Source: a virus
Virus record (IMG/VR): IMGVR_UViG_3300043426_000009
DNA: 46,902 bases
Strand: one strand, 5' to 3'
The translations under genes were made by a program, and so were the position numbers. Shown here in pieces: positions 43,213 through 46,902 of the stretch (the first letter of the stretch is position 1; each line of letters begins with the position of its first letter). Under the pieces are notes generated by a model, which did not search any database, was not told the DNA's origin, and saw only the letters and a list, made by a program, of their open reading frames with translations.

Positions 43213-43275
43213 GATAAAATGTTTTTTGTTTCTGCAAATGTAAATAAAAAAATGTATTACGCAAACATTTTTTTA
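43210..43275 (-). promoter_or_regulatory. Early promoter/operator cassette, copy 1 of the exact 25-mer
   Basis: GCAAATGTAAATAAAAAAATGTATT at 43234-43258. TACATTTG -7 box (43235-43242) and TTTG -33 element (43262-43265) with a 19-nt spacer. A perfect 10-bp inverted repeat AAAAAAATGT-N9-ACATTTTTTT spans 43246-43274. Confidence 0.7.
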
Positions 43276-43288
43276 TTTTTTTAATCAC

Positions 43289-43317
43289 AAAAAAAAACGC
43301 CATTCTTTCAAATGACG
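43289..43317 (-). terminator. Intrinsic terminator closing the late/lysis transcription unit
   Basis: Minus-strand RNA reads CGUCAUU-ugaaag-AAUGGCG, with one G:U pair that exists only on the minus strand, followed by U9. Confidence 0.75.
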
Positions 43318-43365
43318 GTTAAAAAACTTTTTTATAGACTCGTGAAAATCTTTTGCAAATATAAA

Positions 43366-43935
43366 TTATTTATTTAAAAACGGAATTTTTGTCCGTGTGA
43401 TGTGTAAATAAATTGATAATGCAAGTAAAATTGACAATATAATTATGATGATCCACAAATTGAAAATTGATGTTGTTTTTTCTTTTATTGTGTTTTTATA
43501 ATTTTTTTCAATTTCATTTTTTTCATTCTGCAGCAACTCAAAATCTTTGTATAATGCAATGAAACTTTTTTCTTTTTCTTCGATTGTTTTATTCAATTCG
43601 TTTTCGGTTGTGTGAATCATCACTTCGCCGTTTCCGTTGATTTCGATTTCATTTTGAATTTGACCATTTTTTTTGGTGTTCATTTTGAATGGTTCAAATT
43701 TTCTTGTTATCGAATCGAATTTTGGTTTGTAAACAACAACGGTTTCTTTTTTGGTTGATGATTCATTTTCAGTTGATTTTTTTTCATTATCAACTTTCAA
43801 TTCTTCTTTTTGTTTGACATCAACATTCAATTCTTTGTTTTCGGTCGTTTTTTCATCGGTTTGTGATGTTTTTTTCTTTGAAGCGCATCCAATTATCAAA
43901 ATTGAAATAATCGCCGTTAAAATAAGTTTTTTCAT
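43366..43935 (-). CDS. Unimolecular-spanin-like protein: lipoprotein signal plus C-terminal TM anchor (189 aa)
   Basis: ATG at 43935 gives MKKLILTAIISILIIGC with lipobox IIGC. The C-terminal helix is IFNLWIIIIILSILLALSIYLHI. It is the last gene of the lysis cassette. The track start at 43974 is GTG. Confidence 0.55.
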   Translation of the reverse strand: MKKLILTAIISILIIGCASKKKTSQTDEKTTENKELNVDVKQKEELKVDNEKKSTENESSTKKETVVVYKPKFDSITRKFEPFKMNTKKNGQIQNEIEINGNGEVMIHTTENELNKTIEEKEKSFIALYKDFELLQNEKNEIEKNYKNTIKEKTTSIFNLWIIIIILSILLALSIYLHITRTKIPFLNK

Positions 43936-43939
43936 TTTT

Positions 43940-44467
43940 TTAATTTTCATTAGTTGATATAAATCCGGAATCACTCACATTTATAACACGGATGTTTTCC
44001 GGTTGTGATATTTTCCATTTTGTTCTTGATATTGAATTGCATCGTTTTTTTTCAATTCGTGTGATGCAAACCATATTTGATTGATTTCCGCCCAATACGT
44101 GATAACACGTTTTGTCTTCGCCAACATAAATTCCAACGTGGCCGCCGCCGTTTCTTTTGAATGTTAAAACATCGCCAAGCATTGCGACTTTTTGTTTGGT
44201 TCCAAATTTTGACCAATTCAACGCCCACAATGATTCTTTTGCGGTCAAACCAGTTTCAATATTTGCTTTTTTACATACATACGCAATGAACAATCCGCAC
44301 CAAGCGATTTCATCATTTGTGTATATTTTTTCAATTCCAAGTTCTTTGGCCCATTTCATAATGGTTTCGGAATTTTTAACGCCCACAATTTCTTTTGTGC
44401 CAATTAAATTTCTGGCTTGAATCAATATTTGCGGCGATGGTTCTTTTTTTAAATAGTCGTAATTCAT
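43940..44467 (-). CDS. Endolysin, NlpC/P60-CHAP-like peptidase (TIGR02594-like) (175 aa)
   Basis: The catalytic Cys context is EIAWCGLFIAYV and the His context is GGGHVGIYVGED. It lies between the holin and spanin-like genes. Confidence 0.7.
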   Translation of the reverse strand: MNYDYLKKEPSPQILIQARNLIGTKEIVGVKNSETIMKWAKELGIEKIYTNDEIAWCGLFIAYVCKKANIETGLTAKESLWALNWSKFGTKQKVAMLGDVLTFKRNGGGHVGIYVGEDKTCYHVLGGNQSNMVCITRIEKKRCNSISRTKWKISQPENIRVINVSDSGFISTNEN

Positions 44468-44468
44468 T

Positions 44469-45122
44469 TTATTCAGATTTTGGATTTACAATTTCTTCAT
44501 CAACAACTTCGGTTTCTTCGATTTTTTCATTTGGTTCCGATTCCAATATTTCAAATGATTTGTCAATTTTATCAACAATTCTTTTTTCAAACAAATTCAA
44601 AATGTTATCGAAAAATTTGAAAAGTCTTGGTTTATATCCATATCGTTTCAAATGATTTTCGCCGATTGAATGAACTTCAAAACCGCAAGCCAATAACCAA
44701 ACTGAACCTTGAAACGCAATAAATATTTTATACAAAAATGAAAGATCAATAATTTCAACCATCAATGATGTAACACCTAAAAGAAACGACATCAACAACA
44801 CGCCAAGAAGTTTCCACAATGTGCGATATAATTTATATGATTTGACATACGGTTTTTTTGGATCACGGAATTTCATCAAACTTTCGTGTCGTGCAACTTG
44901 CAATCCCGTATGTAAATCGGCTAATAAAAAAATCACATACATTAAAGTTCCAACGGCGAAAATCACAATCGGAACAATGATATGTTTCAAATCGGTTCCT
45001 TCCATTAATTTTTTCAAATAAAACGTTGTGCCACCACTTAATGCAAATGAAATAATGGCCAAACTTCCTTTTTTGAAAGTTGCCATTTTGTATAATGCTG
45101 CAAATGCTACTTTGAAAACCAT
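44469..45122 (-). CDS. Holin, Phage_holin_4_1-like (217 aa)
   Basis: Four hydrophobic helices. The motifs LADLHTG (D-x-x-TG) and FEVHSIGEN (E-x-x-SI-x-EN) are typical of this holin family. An alternative ATG lies at 45086. Confidence 0.65.
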   Translation of the reverse strand: MVFKVAFAALYKMATFKKGSLAIISFALSGGTTFYLKKLMEGTDLKHIIVPIVIFAVGTLMYVIFLLADLHTGLQVARHESLMKFRDPKKPYVKSYKLYRTLWKLLGVLLMSFLLGVTSLMVEIIDLSFLYKIFIAFQGSVWLLACGFEVHSIGENHLKRYGYKPRLFKFFDNILNLFEKRIVDKIDKSFEILESEPNEKIEETEVVDEEIVNPKSE

Positions 45123-45538
45123 CTTATTAAATTAATTAAAGAAATTAATAAAATGCAAGTCAAAATGATTGGTTGCAACATTAACAAATAATTTTCAGGC
45201 GTGAACTGAAAAACTAATGCGATTATTGATATAAAAAAAACAAAACTCAATAACACACTAACAATTTTTGTGTCCAAACACGATGTGTAACGAAATGATT
45301 TGAAAACAAAAAACAATGAAAAAATAAAAAGTTCAACACTACAGAACAACGGAAAATAAAATTGTTTGTAATCTTTTGAACTCACATAATCTGGTAAAAA
45401 AAACGATACGGCTTCAAACAAACAAACAACAAAAATGACTAATGCCATCATTGTTGTTAATAGGTTCATTTTGTTTTTTTTGATTTCGTTGATTTTATAA
45501 ATCAACTTTCCTAAATAATCATCCGGGATTCTTGGCAT
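45107..45538 (-). CDS. Polytopic membrane protein upstream of the holin (143 aa)
   Basis: ATG at 45538. Four hydrophobic helices. It could be an antiholin, a second holin or an exclusion protein. Confidence 0.5.
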   Translation of the reverse strand: MPRIPDDYLGKLIYKINEIKKNKMNLLTTMMALVIFVVCLFEAVSFFLPDYVSSKDYKQFYFPLFCSVELFIFSLFFVFKSFRYTSCLDTKIVSVLLSFVFFISIIALVFQFTPENYLLMLQPIILTCILLISLINLIRWFSK

Positions 45539-45554
45539 AATTTTAATTTTTAAG

Positions 45555-46511
45555 TTAAATAAAATTTCGTTTTAAATTGTTATCAAATTTATCTTCAAAC
45601 ACCAAATTTAAACGTGCTTTTCTGGTTTTCACGCCGTATGTGGTCCCATCATTCGATGATAATTTTACGCCAAATTTAACATAATTATATGAATGATTGT
45701 TTAAATTGTAATCGTTCAAATAAATATCGTTTGCAAACAACATAAAATCAAGTATTTCGTAAGTTACACAACTTGGAATATAATTTGTTTGAAATTTATA
45801 TTCGTTCTTTTGTGTCATTGAAATTTGTCGTTTATGATAATCACGACCAATCAAATTATCTTCTTCAAATGTTGGTTCACGTCGACCGAAAAAGCCCGGA
45901 ACTCGCATTGAATGCTTCCATCCCGTGCCCTTAAATTCAACATTTTCTTTTTCTAATCGGCCATTCATCACAACATCAATTCTTGCGGTTTTATCGGCGA
46001 TTGATGAACTGTATTGTTTCAACGTGAACGTGATTGAATTTGTTTCAACCAAAACACCTGCAATGTTTTGTCGTTTGATGATTTTATAATTGCCTTCGCC
46101 AAGTGTGGCCAATACTCTTTTCCATTCAATTTTATATCCTTTTAAATTCACATTTGTTGGAAAATATCCAAATCCGAAAAATTGGCCATATGTTCCACTA
46201 TTCAATGGATATTCCGTGGCGTTTTCGTGTCGATACAAAACAAAATCGCACGTTTCCGATGTCAATTGTCGTTGATGATAAAAAGCCGAATAATCGTTTT
46301 TAAAATCATTTGAAGAATTTGCATCAGCCAAAACAATATGTGTATAACAACATTCTTTAAAAACAATGTCCGGGTCTTCGCCTGGTTCCGGAATATTCAC
46401 ACCAATTGCATAACTCAAAGTTCTTTCCTTATATTGGCAATTTGTCGCAATATTACACATAAACGATTCGGTGTTTACATATACTATTTCAAGTAGTTCT
46501 TGATTATTCAT
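45555..46511 (-). CDS. Hypothetical protein (318 aa)
   Basis: ATG at 46511 forms an ATGA overlap with the NTase-like gene. No motif recognised. Confidence 0.5.
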   Translation of the reverse strand: MNNQELLEIVYVNTESFMCNIATNCQYKERTLSYAIGVNIPEPGEDPDIVFKECCYTHIVLADANSSNDFKNDYSAFYHQRQLTSETCDFVLYRHENATEYPLNSGTYGQFFGFGYFPTNVNLKGYKIEWKRVLATLGEGNYKIIKRQNIAGVLVETNSITFTLKQYSSSIADKTARIDVVMNGRLEKENVEFKGTGWKHSMRVPGFFGRREPTFEEDNLIGRDYHKRQISMTQKNEYKFQTNYIPSCVTYEILDFMLFANDIYLNDYNLNNHSYNYVKFGVKLSSNDGTTYGVKTRKARLNLVFEDKFDNNLKRNFI

Positions 46512-46900
46512 AATTTCAATCTTTTTATTTTAGTTTCAAATATTTTTTTTAATTCCGGATCATTCGTGTTGTTAAAAATAAATTCATAATGATTAATCAA
46601 TGATTTTTTTGTTTCATATTTCACATTATCAATTTGAATAAATTCCGGAAGTTCATTTTCAATAAATATGTCAATTTGACATTTTTCTTTTTTTATGAAT
46701 GCACGTTTGCCGCTTTTACTTAATATTGATTTTGTTTCAAATTCATTTATTTTTCCGAATTTTTCCAAACCATTTAATGACAAAACAACAATGTCAATGT
46801 CATTCGTTGTTTTCTTGGTGCCGTGAATAATCTCAGCAACACCACCAACGAAAATGATGTTTTCGTTGGTTGTTGCAATTTCTTTTATTAACTTGAACAT
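46508..46900 (-). CDS. Minimal nucleotidyltransferase-fold protein (130 aa), spanning the circular junction
   Basis: IIFVGGVAEIIHG...NDIDIVV and a later QIDIFIE match the Pol-beta NTase pattern. The ATG at 46900 lies inside the 127-bp repeat, and the stop of the fibre gene lies 10 nt downstream of this start when read across the junction. Confidence 0.5.
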   Translation of the reverse strand: MFKLIKEIATTNENIIFVGGVAEIIHGTKKTTNDIDIVVLSLNGLEKFGKINEFETKSILSKSGKRAFIKKEKCQIDIFIENELPEFIQIDNVKYETKKSLINHYEFIFNNTNDPELKKIFETKIKRLKL

Positions 46901-46902
46901 TG
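46776..46902. repeat. Terminal direct repeat, exact copy of 1..127
   Basis: Identical 127-mer at both window ends. Confidence 0.95.

Noticed and set aside
1-46902. CRISPR arrays, rRNA or tRNA genes, integrase or lysogeny module, reverse transcriptase (DGR or retron), and transposase or IS elements
   Set aside because: I noticed no regularly spaced direct repeats, no cloverleaf-capable GC-rich segments other than the one rejected above, and no recombinase, RT or transposase motifs in any ORF translation. tRNAscan-SE or Infernal would be needed to exclude RNA genes formally.

Overview
The window is a complete tailed dsDNA phage genome assembled as a circle. The first 127 nt are identical to the last 127 nt, so the unique length is 46,775 bp. 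It is AT-rich and very tightly packed. All roughly 85 credible genes lie on the minus strand, and every plus-strand ORF in the track runs antisense to a longer minus-strand ORF.

The host is probably a Bacteroidota (Flavobacteriia-like) bacterium, for three reasons:
- Repeated promoters carry TAnnTTTG -7 boxes.
- Shine-Dalgarno sequences are essentially absent.
- The SSB is a DUF3127-type protein.

Gene order in the direction of transcription (descending coordinates):
- The early promoter at about 43.2 kb drives a small ORF and an XRE HTH regulator.
- A recombination module follows: YqaJ-like exonuclease, RusA-like resolvase and NinG-like endonuclease.
- The replication module has an initiator with a Phg_2220_C domain, a DnaC-like loader and the DUF3127 SSB.
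- An accessory region carries three DNA methyltransferases, an HNH endonuclease, a DEDDh exonuclease and nucleotidyltransferase-fold proteins.
- TerS, TerL and an SNase-like nuclease come next, followed by a block of small ORFs.
- The late genes encode portal, scaffold, major capsid, tape measure, and tail or fibre proteins.
- Across the circular junction lie a nucleotidyltransferase, a 318-aa ORF and the lysis cassette (holin, endolysin and a spanin candidate with unimolecular architecture).
- A terminator at about 43.3 kb closes the cycle.

No integrase, tRNA, rRNA or CRISPR array was seen.

The most interesting signals are:
- An exact 25-nt promoter/operator core occurs three times, each time ahead of an orphan or compositionally foreign gene. 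One copy sits in an acr-aca-like layout, and one drives a methyltransferase behind a long structured leader.
- A roughly 92-nt GC-rich multi-stem element fills the 22.04-22.15 kb intergenic gap.
- Three tandem hairpins precede the fibre gene.
- A small ORF is split at an A9 tract.
- A methylation island contains an HExxH protein.
- There are two minimal nucleotidyltransferases.

All functional calls rest on motifs and gene position read by eye. No database search was run.
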